Part shown: one piece after another, positions 38,498 to 48,104 of the stretch
Numbering within the stretch: position 1 is the stretch's first letter
How the letters are laid out: the number at the start of each line of letters is the position of its first letter
Origin: a virus
Strand: one strand, 5' to 3'
UHGV virus genome: UHGV-0202911
DNA length: 60,966 nucleotides
Translations under genes and position numbers: made by a program
The notes under the pieces: model-generated
Databases searched by the model: none
What the model saw: only the letters and a program-made list of their open reading frames with translations
Told to the model about the DNA's origin: nothing

Positions 38498-38989
38498 TTA
38501 AAGTAAGGCCCCGGAACAACCGGGGCCTTCATTGCATTCTTCGACATCATCTTGCCAACAAGCGGCATCATGCGCCTTGATGAACTCGATTGCCGCCTTG
38601 TACGATTTCCCATGTTGAGAATCACCGTGTTCTTTTTCAACCTTCGCGGCAAATTCTTCGAGCGTACCGTAGAAGCAACCACAACGGACGTGGACAGTCC
38701 GTTCGGTCTTGGTCACATATGTGATTCCCTGTCGGGAACCGATAGGACCAAAGGATAGAATTTTACCTGCGGCACCCCACAGGTCGGCACCCCGCAGGTC
38801 GGCACCCCACAGGTCGGCATCCCGCAGGTCGGCACCCCGCAGGTTGGCATCCCGCAGGTCGGCATCCCACAGGTTGGCATCCCGCAGGTCGGCATCCCGC
38901 AGATCGGCCTTTTCACCGCCTTCTTCATTTTGCAGCCATTTTGCATGACGCTGTAAAACTTCTATTTCTTTTTTCGTGAGTTCGCGCAT
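38498..38989 (-). CDS. pentapeptide-repeat protein (Qnr/MfpA-like DNA-mimic fold) with a unique C-terminal domain
   Basis: nine tandem A(D/N)LR(D/G) pentapeptides; GAGGTGG RBS. Confidence 0.65.
   Translation of the reverse strand: MRELTKKEIEVLQRHAKWLQNEEGGEKADLRDADLRDANLWDADLRDANLRGADLRDADLWGADLRGADLWGAAGKILSFGPIGSRQGITYVTKTERTVHVRCGCFYGTLEEFAAKVEKEHGDSQHGKSYKAAIEFIKAHDAACWQDDVEECNEGPGCSGALL
38771..38905. repeat. 15-bp tandem repeat x9 (gcaycccrcaggtyg) that encodes the pentapeptide repeats
   Basis: counted directly in the sequence. Confidence 0.85.
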
Positions 38990-39262
38990 AGTTCCACCTC
39001 AATATGTTATTAAAAATGCCCCTTTCCGGGGCCGTAGTATTCGGGTTCATCGGGAATCGTGCGGTCTACGCCTTCGCGTTCATCGGGGAACATGTCTACT
39101 TCTGGTTTCATCACATCCCCCTCACCCATTCGCATGAGCCGATGAAGATCGCCACAACCACGAGGACCACGCCCAACGCCCACGGAGGGGGCGCCAAACG
39201 CTCGCGCTGAGGTGGCATTGGGAACCGCTTCTTGCCGGGAGGGGTTACGTACACTTCCTTGA

Positions 39263-39445
39263 TCATGCCGCCACCTCCATCTTTCTCAGCCATTGTTCCG
39301 CTGCCTCGCGCACGCTGGCCTTTTTTGACTTGTCACGAATGCGTTCAAGACGTTCCCGGAGCGTTGTGCCTTTGCGCTTCCCGGTGAGCACAGGATGGCT
39401 ACGGGTAAAGTCGTCTGCGTGAGATATGGTCATAGTCATATTCAT
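39263..39445 (-). CDS. hypothetical small protein
   Basis: basic C-terminus. Confidence 0.3.
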   Translation of the reverse strand: MNMTMTISHADDFTRSHPVLTGKRKGTTLRERLERIRDKSKKASVREAAEQWLRKMEVAA

Positions 39446-39523
39446 CTCTTTCTCTCCTGCGTTGAAGTCTGGATCGGCGTCCCAATCCCGTTTCCTGCCC
39501 CGGAATCCGGGGCAAGTGCGGGG

Positions 39524-39748
39524 CTAGGCTCCATACTTTTTTATGTAGCAATCTCTACATAAATATGGAGAATTGTAGGTTATCGCGATGTTCGATTCAT
39601 CAATATACTGTACGGGGTTCGGTTCTTTGCATCCGCATTCTTCGCATCTTCCGGCATAGTTCCGTGGCTTGCCGTACTTGTTCAGCAATCGCAGCTGTTT
39701 TTGCTGGTCACGAAAAATACGCCGCTGCATCCTTTCCATCGCGTTCAT
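39524..39748 (-). CDS. small zinc-ribbon protein
   Basis: CEECGC...CRDC motifs. Confidence 0.35.
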   Translation of the reverse strand: MNAMERMQRRIFRDQQKQLRLLNKYGKPRNYAGRCEECGCKEPNPVQYIDESNIAITYNSPYLCRDCYIKKYGA

Positions 39749-39752
39749 TTAT

Positions 39753-39962
39753 TTATCCTTTCCGGTTCGTGCTTTTTGAGAGGCTAGCCGTCTTCACTAG
39801 TGCATGTTCAAAGCCGGGCTTGAATCGGCTCTTCCCGTTGTCCGCCCAATACCACCCGCGCGGTGCAGTCATCGCCTTTTCGTTCCTTCTCCAGCCCTCT
39901 GGAAGTTTTTCAAGCTTTGCAACTTTTGGGTCGCCTAGCAGCGAAAAAACGTCATGGTTCTT
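39753..39962 (-). CDS. hypothetical small protein
   Basis: internal Met start MKNHDVF. Confidence 0.3.
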   Translation of the reverse strand, partial: KNHDVFSLLGDPKVAKLEKLPEGWRRNEKAMTAPRGWYWADNGKSRFKPGFEHALVKTASLSKSTNRKG

Positions 39963-40160
39963 CATGTTGTTTCTCTCCTTTGATTTCCTTGTCTCAACAA
40001 AACCCCGGCAGAATCCGGGGTTCAATGAACCAAGGCTATCCATTCCTTCTTCCTTCTCTTCCCCGGCTTGCTTTATCCGCCGGGGGCTCAGGCTTGCCGC
40101 TGGTGTCCAGCTTGGGGCCTTCATCGCGCTGATTGTCAAAGAACCGTGCGTCGCTATGAG

Positions 40161-40391
40161 CTACCAAGCCCTACACAGCGTCGCCGGGAAATCGATTCCG
40201 GGGCGCACGCCGAAGTATTCCGGCGTCCATTCGGCATCGTCATCATCCCAAGGTTCAGCCTGAGCCTCTTCTTCGCCGGGAAAGTCGCTGATGTACTGGC
40301 GGGCATCTTCGAGGCAGTCGAGATGTTCGACTTCGATTGCTCCGGTTGATGTCACGGTCAGAACCGTGCAGGGCGTAGAAAAAGCGGTCAT
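40161..40391 (-). CDS. hypothetical acidic protein
   Basis: 76 aa. Confidence 0.3.
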   Translation of the reverse strand: MTAFSTPCTVLTVTSTGAIEVEHLDCLEDARQYISDFPGEEEAQAEPWDDDDAEWTPEYFGVRPGIDFPATLCRAW

Positions 40392-40468
40392 GGCGTTCTC
40401 CTTTGGTCTTGCCGGGCTTGAATCCCAATCCCGGTTGCTACCCCGAAGAATCGGGGCAGGGGCCGGGG

Positions 40469-40650
40469 CTAGGCGGCTAGTTCGTATCCGTGTTTCTTCA
40501 TCCAGCGTTCAGCACCTTTCACGCTTGAAAAGTATTTCCAGTTTCCGGGGTATTCAGCGCAAACCTCGCCATAGCCGTTGATGCTCCAGATGCGCCCTTG
40601 GTTGTCTCCGTTCGTCCAATGCTGTTCGATTCTTTCCATTTCCTGAGCGT
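40469..40650 (-). CDS. hypothetical small protein
   Basis: Trp-rich. Confidence 0.3.
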
Positions 40651-40704
40651 TCATTCTGCTTTCTCCTTTGTGGCGGGGTTCGTTCCCCGTCTCGTTGAAA
40701 ACAG

Positions 40705-40756
40705 AATGCATGAATTTCATTCTATCGTCAAGCATAAAAATGCATGAATTTCATTT
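40705..40756. repeat. two exact 17-nt direct repeats AATGCATGAATTTCATT (operator-like, near-palindromic)
   Basis: seen directly; related copies occur at 42064-42129. Confidence 0.6.
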
Positions 40757-40870
40757 TTTATCACCCAACAAAAAAGCCCGTTTACCGGGCTATACTGGGA
40801 AAAGTTTGCTCAGGGCATGAAAAAAGCCCGCTGGTGAGCGGGCTAAGAGAGCGAGGGGGTATGTTGATTG

Positions 40871-41725
40871 CTACGACTCATATGGGATGAAATCAATAAC
40901 CTCAAGAATCGTTCTCTCTGTCGTTGCCCTCTGCGTTTGTCGACGTTGTACCGTTCTCAAAGTCACAAATAAGCAATCTCCGCTACCGAAACGGTATTTG
41001 TGGTCTTTAACATCTTGCAGAAAGGTTTCATCTTCAATGGTTGCGGAAAATTCGAGGCCGCCATCGCCTTCGTAAAACCTCCAGTTCTTGGCAGAACCGT
41101 TATTACTGGAAGTAATAACCTCAAGTTGAACCTGTGCTGTATTATCGCTAATGACCGTACCCGACTCAATTTTCATATATCTTCGGTCATCTTTTGTTAT
41201 TGTTTCTTGCAACGACTTATTACCAATCAATATTTTGTCGAAACCTTCATCATCCAATACTGATGTTAGTCTGTCCACACTATTTTTTATTCCCTTGTTG
41301 GCAAACAGATTGATGGTGCAATTGTTGAATGTGTTCCGTTCTCCCATCGTATTTTGGATAAAACTTTCCTGTTCACCCGGTTTGACAATCTCAACATCTT
41401 TACCTTTCGCCCAACGGTAAAGCTGAACAGTGTTCACTACAGAAGATAGAACACTTCCACATGAGCCTGATACAATAGGCAACACGGCAGCTGCAGACTG
41501 CTGCATATATTCGAGAACCAATTCAATCTCAAAACTTCCAGCGTGGAAGCCTCCTCTTACTCGCATGTCAAGATCTACAGTCCGACCATTGGCAATCTTG
41601 TTTGTTTGCTCTGCCAGTGATTTGAAGGCAATCAACGCTTCGGCAACTGCCCCAATATGCATCTCATGCCTTTCGACTGCAGCTCCGTCAAAGTCGATCT
41701 TGAATGACTCATGCATTACTTCCAT
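40871..41725 (-). CDS. hypothetical 284-aa protein of lower GC (candidate moron or defense gene)
   Basis: flanked by ATTTCAT repeat clusters; no recognisable domain. Confidence 0.45.
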   Translation of the reverse strand: MEVMHESFKIDFDGAAVERHEMHIGAVAEALIAFKSLAEQTNKIANGRTVDLDMRVRGGFHAGSFEIELVLEYMQQSAAAVLPIVSGSCGSVLSSVVNTVQLYRWAKGKDVEIVKPGEQESFIQNTMGERNTFNNCTINLFANKGIKNSVDRLTSVLDDEGFDKILIGNKSLQETITKDDRRYMKIESGTVISDNTAQVQLEVITSSNNGSAKNWRFYEGDGGLEFSATIEDETFLQDVKDHKYRFGSGDCLFVTLRTVQRRQTQRATTERTILEVIDFIPYES

Positions 41726-41727
41726 AT

Positions 41728-42033
41728 TTACTTCCCCGTCGCTTTGACCGCCTTCAACCGTTCTGACGCACGCTTAAGAGTTTCATTAAGCGTCCAGCCC
41801 AACGCCTCACTTAAATTCATGATATCGGGCAGTCTAAGCTTCTGCTTATTTCGATATTTTCCGGTTCCTTGCCCTACGAATATAGCTTGAACTTTCGTAC
41901 GTTTGCCGACCATGAAGCTGAACGCAATCTTTCCGACAGCTTCATCAGTCAGCCCAAGCTTGTCCTTTTGTTCCTTGAGAACGTCCCGAATCGCTTCCTC
42001 AAAATCGTCCATTTCCTGCTGAGATGTGAACAT
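41728..42033 (-). CDS. HTH regulator
   Basis: AAGGAGA RBS before MFTSQQ; C-terminal LSEALGWTLNETLKRASERL resembles an HTH. Confidence 0.4.
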   Translation of the reverse strand: MFTSQQEMDDFEEAIRDVLKEQKDKLGLTDEAVGKIAFSFMVGKRTKVQAIFVGQGTGKYRNKQKLRLPDIMNLSEALGWTLNETLKRASERLKAVKATGK

Positions 42034-42063
42034 AGGGCTTTTCTCCTTATGCTCTCTGTCTAG

Positions 42064-42129
42064 CATGGAAATTTCATTTTGTTTCGTTTGGTGTAATTTC
42101 ATGCTTGACAATTAGAATGAATTTCATAC
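42064..42129. repeat. three copies of the (A)ATTTCAT motif on the promoter side of the 40871..42033 cassette
   Basis: ggaaatttcat, gtaatttcatgc and gaatgaatttcatac. Confidence 0.5.
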
Positions 42130-42672
42130 ATAGTCAACCCACAGGGCACGCCCAACCGCCCCGCGAAGAAGCGAACAGGAGGGAGTAGGCCACCGCTCAA
42201 GGGGCGGTATCACTGGACGGTATTCAGACGGTGGCGGTGATGTCTCATGAAATCCCCCGGAACCACGTAGCGAGTGCCGGGGTGTCCAGAGACGAAAGTG
42301 GAGAAGGGACAATCTCGCAAGACGGCGCATCAGCCGGAAAGCTCCAAGGTCACAGCGTGATGTCCGCGTGTGGCTGCCGAAGCGATAGGGACGGCTCCAT
42401 ACCGGAACCTGTCGAGGCAATGTCCTGCCCACGTGTGATAGCGGGTAAGGGCGAGACTTTGCCTTTGCTCCTGAGACTCACCACCCGGAACTCAGGGAAA
42501 GCTCAGATGCCTTTCTGCCTTCTGGCTCTAGGCACTTCCTGAACTCTTCGCCTACCGAGAACTAGGGTCAGGGCGGTTCCCGCCCTCTTGCCGGAATGGG
42601 GAGGGTGGGAAAGATGAAAAAAGGGGAACGGAATCTCAAAAGACGTTTTCAATTCTTTTTGAGATTCCGTGA
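42130..42672. ncRNA. GC-rich non-coding block with extensive self-complementarity, ending in a 12-bp hairpin (candidate structured RNA)
   Basis: no credible ORF on either strand; many short inverted repeats; terminal hairpin ggaatctcaaaag...cttttgagattcc. Confidence 0.2.
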
Positions 42673-42950
42673 AGTATGAAAAACAACGCTGAAACAGGAC
42701 ATTTTACTCTGTGCGTAGCCTGTCCACGAAGTTTATGGGCAATTTATAAGCGATTTATGGGATTTTATGAGTTTTAAGAATATCAACTTTTTCAATATGA
42801 TACACTGTTTTATCTTCTAAATAAGCTCATTTTAATAATCGTTCTTTGACAATCAGCCCCCATAACCCGCCCAGTCCGGTGGTAGTGTCATCGGTGGCAT
42901 GGCGGATAGGGAAACGCGTTTGCAAGGCTGTTTGGACCGGAGCGCGAAAC

Positions 42951-43280
42951 TTAACTTGAATAGGCGCTGCACATAGCAAAATGTCCTTCTGTTGCGTCCT
43001 TGGCATTTGAGTATGTCCTGTATTTGAGGCCTTCCCCACTGTGCTGAGGACATCCACAATCCATATAACCATCTACTTCAAAAACAATAGTTTCAAAAAA
43101 GCTGTCTTTATTAGCCCCTAAAGTCTCCCGTTCTCCTTTAGCCCCGAATGGGTAATAGTCTCCTACAGTGCTAATAAGCATTTCTTTACCATCATGAACA
43201 ACTACCGTACTCAAATGAAACAAACATTTATTCCCGACTATGAGATGACAAGCATGACCGTAATGCTTCCATTTTTTCAC
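42951..43280 (-). CDS. hypothetical protein in an AT-rich island
   Basis: 109-aa ORF; plausible composition. Confidence 0.3.
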   Translation of the reverse strand: MKKWKHYGHACHLIVGNKCLFHLSTVVVHDGKEMLISTVGDYYPFGAKGERETLGANKDSFFETIVFEVDGYMDCGCPQHSGEGLKYRTYSNAKDATEGHFAMCSAYSS

Positions 43281-43795
43281 ATTTCACCTCCAAACTTCAT
43301 GGGCGGGCGGCATCGAACCACCCGCCCACATGCGGTTACTGCCCAGAGGAGAGGTCTGGGACTTCACAGGTTACATTAACGGCTCGGCTATGACCGATGC
43401 ATAGGGAACACCGGGAGTCGCCAAGTCCTAGACCTGCGGCTAGACGCAAACAACCTTATCCACGCTCTAGCATGGTTCGGGAGTACGATTTCTCGCGCTC
43501 CCTTTCATGCTGGCGGTCGAACTGTCGAAAGGTCAGCTTACCGCCTGATGTAACAGTTTGTTTTGATTGTTCATCCTGATATGGTCGGTCAACAGGAAAC
43601 CTTGCGCCCTTTCGGGGTACGTCACTCTTCATGACGCCTTTTCTCGCACCATACCCCCGAAGGGCACCTTGTCCTTTGCCTTCTGAATCGGAACGCCGTT
43701 CCGTGTTGATGCAGGGAAATGAAGTTGGCTGACATCTCACCATCTTGAGGGCTAATGTTTATCCCCGCATCACAGGGAACGGCGATAGTTGAACT

Positions 43796-43870
43796 TGGCA
43801 GCCGGGGACGGGATCGAACCGCCGATCACAGGGTCAAAGCCTGTTGCCGTAACCGCTTGGCTACCCGGCT
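43796..43870 (-). tRNA. tRNA-Gln (anticodon TTG)
   Basis: cloverleaf folds by hand: acceptor AGCCGGG/CCCGGCT, anticodon loop CTTTGAC, T-loop GGTTCGATCC, 3' CCA. Confidence 0.6.
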
Positions 43871-44091
43871 GTGTTTGTGGCTTCATAGCTGGCCCGGAGA
43901 CGTACTCCGGGCCTTGGCGCGAACTATCTTAATTATATATGATTACTACTACATACGCTGGCCTTTTCAGCGCGTAGCGGGATCATATTGGCAATTAAGA
44001 GAGCTTCGCCTAGCAAAAGGGACATAGGAACCTCTCTTGCGGGCCTTGTCGGGCCAGCTATAAAGCCACAAACGCTCTTCACTTTTCAATC

Positions 44092-44179
44092 TGGCGGACG
44101 GGATGGGATTCGAACCCACGGATGCTTTCACATCGGCGGTTTTCAAGACCGCTGCCTTAGTCCTCTCGGCTACCCGTCC
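44092..44179 (-). tRNA. tRNA-Ser (anticodon TGA) with a long variable arm
   Basis: acceptor GGACGGG/CCCGTCC, anticodon loop CTTGAAA, long variable arm, T-loop GGTTCGAATCC, 3' CCA. Confidence 0.6.
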
Positions 44180-44214
44180 ATGAGCGGTTTGCCCGCTCCT
44201 AACATGCCTAATCA

Positions 44215-44302
44215 GGAGGGAAGGAAAGGGATTTGAACCCTTGGAGGAGCTTATCCCTCTACGGTTTTCACCGCTGCAATCGGCCTCTCTGCCATCCTTC
44301 CC
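44215..44302 (-). tRNA. tRNA-like element; anticodon arm does not fold canonically (possible pseudo-tRNA)
   Basis: acceptor GGGAAGG/CCTTCCC and T-arm AAGGG-TTCAAAT-CCCTT are present; no CCA; no 7-nt anticodon loop found. Confidence 0.3.
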
Positions 44303-44492
44303 GCTCTACTACTTCTTCGCCTCACCAGTCTCACGGGCCTCTTTCGAGCTTTCCGGACGGCCTCTTGCTCCGCCCACCGTATCGCTACGGCCTTCATGCC
44401 GCCCAAAATGGCTTCCTCCGCCCGGGGCTTGTGGCTACTTTCCGGCTGGTGTGCCGGGCGTGTTCGCCTTCCCCGGGCGTCGTGAAGAGATA

Positions 44493-44505
44493 ATACCTAA
44501 AGGTA
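44493..44505. promoter_or_regulatory. third copy of the operator ATACCTAAAGGTA
   Basis: exact match to the 46223 site. Confidence 0.35.
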
Positions 44506-44554
44506 CGATTGAAAGTCAAGATAAAAATTCATATAGGTATATTTTGGGTACAAA

Positions 44555-44575
44555 AAAGCCCCTTTCGGGGCAAAT
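44555..44575 (-). terminator. intrinsic terminator for the gene at 44576..44899
   Basis: gccccgaaaggggc stem followed by a T-run on the minus strand. Confidence 0.5.
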
Positions 44576-44899
<324 letters not shown>

Positions 44900-45062
44900 G
44901 GGGATGCTCCTTTGAGTGAGTTTAATTATTAATCATGTGATACATATTATACGGCTTGCTGATCTATTAGATAAGATGTTATACTCTTTATATCTTGATG
45001 ATAATAATGGATGAATGCACAACCAATAAAAAAGCCCGCATGTAGCGGGCAGGAGTGTAGTA

Positions 45063-45343
45063 TGGAAAGGAATAATGAAGATCGTATTGTTTCTTTGTTG
45101 GAAGATATTAAGAATATTTTACTCTCTCAGAGAGATTTGTACTTATACTATAACACGCAAGAATATCATCATTCCATTTTCGGAAAAGAACAAGATAAAT
45201 CATATGTATTGCATACAATGTACCCGGAACCTTTCGGTATATTGACACAACGCGGTAAAATTCCTGCCCCTTTATTTATGCAACCTTTTTTTGAAAACGC
45301 ACTAGAAAATATAACTAAATTTTACAATAAGGATAAAGAATAA
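45063..45343 (+). CDS. hypothetical protein (AT-rich)
   Basis: AGGAG RBS. Confidence 0.35.
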
Positions 45344-45728
45344 TATTGTACGTATTAAATCCACAAAACCATGATCGTTTTATTTTTATCTCTATTTCAT
45401 ATTTACATTTACCATCTGATAATAAACAATTAAATTTATATTTTTGATTTTTATATAAAACTTTTTGAATATTTTTTACATTTCCAATTTTTATGTGCTC
45501 TTTAAATTGTCCAGTGTTTGGGTCCATTTCTTCTGAATTTTCGATAATATCGAATCCCTTAATAGATATGGCTTTACATATAGTTATAGGTTTTGAAGAA
45601 GTATTATATAGAGTTTCCTTATCTTCAAGAATCAAACCTATATTCTGATTTGCTTTGAATGTAAGGTATACTGTAGCACAAGCTGTTACTATTCCAGCAA
45701 CATCAGCAATCGTTATACTATAAGACAT
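45315..45728 (-). CDS. hypothetical protein with an N-terminal TM helix
   Basis: AT-rich; hydrophobic N-terminus. Confidence 0.35.
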   Translation of the reverse strand: MSYSITIADVAGIVTACATVYLTFKANQNIGLILEDKETLYNTSSKPITICKAISIKGFDIIENSEEMDPNTGQFKEHIKIGNVKNIQKVLYKNQKYKFNCLLSDGKCKYEIEIKIKRSWFCGFNTYNIILYPYCKI

Positions 45729-45732
45729 AATA

Positions 45733-46155
45733 TTATTCCCCGCCCTGTGCGGGGTTTTCTTTACTCATTTGGCGAATTTTTATTAGAAGATCAATTTTCT
45801 CATTAGTAAGATTTTCGATCTGCTTTTGCGCAAGTCTATTTTCCCCCTCAAGCCTTAAATTTTCTTGAGACAACTTTTCCATAGATATTTCAAGTTCGTG
45901 AATCCTTTTATTCTTTGCATCAATATCTTTAGAAAAATCTCCCTCTACTTCCCAAGGGAAAATTACCTTGACCCCTACCGCGTCGAATACAGCACCTACG
46001 TTTTTCAGCGTAGGGTTGTTTCGCTCTCCGGTATACCATCGAGAAAGATTAGGTGCAGCTATTCCCGTAATTGCTGAAAGCTCCGCCTGCTTGCCGCGAT
46101 CCTGTAGGATCATCTTCAAATTTCGCATAATACGTTCGTACATGTTTTCATTCAT
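45733..46155 (-). CDS. CI-like repressor (XRE HTH plus C-terminal coiled coil)
   Basis: QAELSAITGIAAPNLSRWYTGERNNP fits an HTH; divergent from the cro-like gene. Confidence 0.6.
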   Translation of the reverse strand: MNENMYERIMRNLKMILQDRGKQAELSAITGIAAPNLSRWYTGERNNPTLKNVGAVFDAVGVKVIFPWEVEGDFSKDIDAKNKRIHELEISMEKLSQENLRLEGENRLAQKQIENLTNEKIDLLIKIRQMSKENPAQGGE

Positions 46156-46159
46156 TTTT

Positions 46160-46240
46160 TTATGCTACCAAAAGGTATTAATCCTTCAATGCCGTATAGG
46201 AATAATTTTCTTGATCTATAAAATACCTAAAGGTATAATA
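46160..46240. promoter_or_regulatory. divergent promoter and operator region: operators TACCAAAAGGTA (46166-77) and ATACCTAAAGGTAT (46223-36); promoter TTGATC-N17-TATAAT ending at 46239
   Basis: palindromic TACC-N4-GGTA sites; the -10 hexamer TATAAT abuts the ATG. Confidence 0.5.
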
Positions 46241-46245
46241 TGCCT

Positions 46246-46497
46246 ATGAAAGCGCAAATTGTAACCGAATTAGATTTTTTTCTGAATAAATACAATATGT
46301 CAGCAAGAAAGCTAGCGATTGCTGCTGGACTTCTTCCCAACACGCTTACGCGGCTTCTTTCCGGCAAGCGTCATGATATGCGGTCTGAAAACGCCGACAG
46401 ACTCCGCGCCGCCATGCGTCGCCTTGAGTGCGAACTTAGGCCCACAGCCACGGCTGAAACTCCCAACAAACGCAAAGAGGTGTCTTGCAATGGGTAG
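46246..46497 (+). CDS. Cro-like HTH regulator
   Basis: ARKLAIAAGLLPNTLTRLLSGKR fits an HTH; possibly translated from a leaderless mRNA. Confidence 0.5.
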   Translation: MKAQIVTELDFFLNKYNMSARKLAIAAGLLPNTLTRLLSGKRHDMRSENADRLRAAMRRLECELRPTATAETPNKRKEVSCNG

Positions 46498-46743
46498 CGC
46501 CTTGATAGGAATTGTTGTGGCCCTTGTTATGCTCGTCGTCTTTGCCCCTACCGACTAACCGCGCCGCGCATCTCTGTACCACCTCTTCCGGTTCTGGGTA
46601 CTCCGCTACTCGGTAGCTTTTCCAGAAAATGGAGCCACGAAAGAGGATGCGGACACGCCAGACGGGTCCGCGCCGGGTGAGGAGCAGGTGAACGGTTTCC
46701 ATGCCCCCATTAGAGCATGGGGATACACCAAGGAAAATGATCG

Positions 46744-47187
46744 ATGAATACCCAAGATTATAACACGTTGACCGAAGTCATTGAGGCCATGATCGATGAA
46801 GGCAAAAAGCCGATCAAAGCTATCGCCGCCGAGATCAGCAAGCCGTACCCGACCCTCAAGCGTGAGCTGAACCCGGCTGACGATGGCGCGAAGCTTGGGG
46901 CGGACGTACTACTCGGCATTATGGCCTCCTGTGGCTCCATCGCTCCGCTTGAATGGCTGGCGGACAGGCTCGGCTATGTCGTGAAGCCCAAGGAATGGGC
47001 AGAGCCAGACAAGCCGACTTGGGAGGGAGAATCCGTGGACGATACCATATGCTGCGGGAAGATGGTCATGCTCATGCAGGAAAAAGCGCATCCGTCCATC
47101 GTCTCCAAGGCTGCGGAAGAATGGAAGGACGAGATAGACCAGACGAACACTCGGTATAGGCGAGATTACAACCAAGCGAGGCAGTAA
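46744..47187 (+). CDS. hypothetical regulatory protein
   Basis: AAGGAAA RBS. Confidence 0.4.
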   Translation: MNTQDYNTLTEVIEAMIDEGKKPIKAIAAEISKPYPTLKRELNPADDGAKLGADVLLGIMASCGSIAPLEWLADRLGYVVKPKEWAEPDKPTWEGESVDDTICCGKMVMLMQEKAHPSIVSKAAEEWKDEIDQTNTRYRRDYNQARQ

Positions 47188-47189
47188 CT

Positions 47190-47681
47190 ATGCAAAAATG
47201 CCAGCTTTGCGGTCGGTGGTTCAAAGGGAAAAAGGCGGATCATGTCTGCGAGATTGATCGCGTCTATGAAGAGCGAGAGTGCGTGATCTGCCACACGATG
47301 TTTATTCCGGCAGGACACAACCAGATCTGTTGCTCGGAAAGCTGCCTAAAAGCAAAGAAGAGTCTGGATGGTGCCGAGCGGGTGCGTCAGTTCAGAGAGA
47401 AGGAAAAAGAGGATAGGCAGACAAGGCGTTGTGCCATATGTGAGGAAGAATTTATCCCGCGTAGTCACAACCAATTGGTATGTGAAAAGCAATCATGTAG
47501 GGCAGAATACAAGAAGCGGTATGATGCGGCCCGATACAAAGGGGATTTTACTCCTGCACCTTGGTACGGGCAATTCTGTATGCCCGATCCGTATCAAGGG
47601 AAGAGGCTGTACTTCGACGGGCTGCATAGCGTCCGGGGGAGTATGCCGGGAAGGGCCGCAGATCCGGTTCTGGGGTTTTGA
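47190..47681 (+). CDS. Cys-rich protein with repeated C.IC...FIP..HNQ..C modules
   Basis: two or three internal zinc-ribbon-like repeats. Confidence 0.4.
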   Translation: MQKCQLCGRWFKGKKADHVCEIDRVYEERECVICHTMFIPAGHNQICCSESCLKAKKSLDGAERVRQFREKEKEDRQTRRCAICEEEFIPRSHNQLVCEKQSCRAEYKKRYDAARYKGDFTPAPWYGQFCMPDPYQGKRLYFDGLHSVRGSMPGRAADPVLGF

Positions 47682-48104
47682 TATGGCGCTCCATTGCCGT
47701 CACCGCCTCCCTACGCCGCAAGCCGCAGGGTACGAGACGAAAGAGGCATTGCTGGAGGCTATCAGCGCATTTCCGCACTTGAGGCCATGCCCAAAAGCCA
47801 ACTGGTGGTGGCTCGACAAGAAGCGATGCCAGAAGTGCCGGAACAGGGTTGAAGTGAAACTTGAAGGGGGGAAGGAAAATGGAAAGGCTTACACCGCTCC
47901 GGGCAATTCGTGAAAAGTGCCTTATGTGCAAGAAAACCACGGACAAGGTTATGAGGTGCAAAGAGACAGAATGCCCGCTACATGAGTTTAGATTCGGAAA
48001 GAACCCTGCAAAAGCTCATCCTTGCGACAAGACATACTAGCCAAAAGAAAAGGCCCGATGCGGGAACACCGGGCCAAACATAAAACCAACTCAATGGGTG
48101 AATT

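Noticed and set aside
38771-38905. Tandem 15-bp repeats considered as a possible CRISPR or iteron array
   Set aside because: The repeats are contiguous with no spacers. They are in frame and encode pentapeptide repeats of a protein with an RBS and start codon.
43290-43345. Hairpin tgggcggg...cccgccca with a GGTTCGATG-like loop, considered as a tRNA 3' fragment or att core
   Set aside because: It could not be folded into a T-arm plus acceptor arrangement. It is more likely a simple 8-bp stem-loop.
43380-43760. Possible tmRNA or RNase P RNA next to the tRNAs
   Set aside because: No tmRNA tag-ORF or tRNA-like 3' end was found, and none of the conserved RNase P blocks (GGAAAGTCCGGGCTCC, AGGGTGAAA) were present. 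It is left unannotated.
47879-48041. 53-aa CxxC...C ORF between the replication genes
   Set aside because: It falls below the ORF-track size threshold and has no RBS that I could verify. It is plausible but unsupported.
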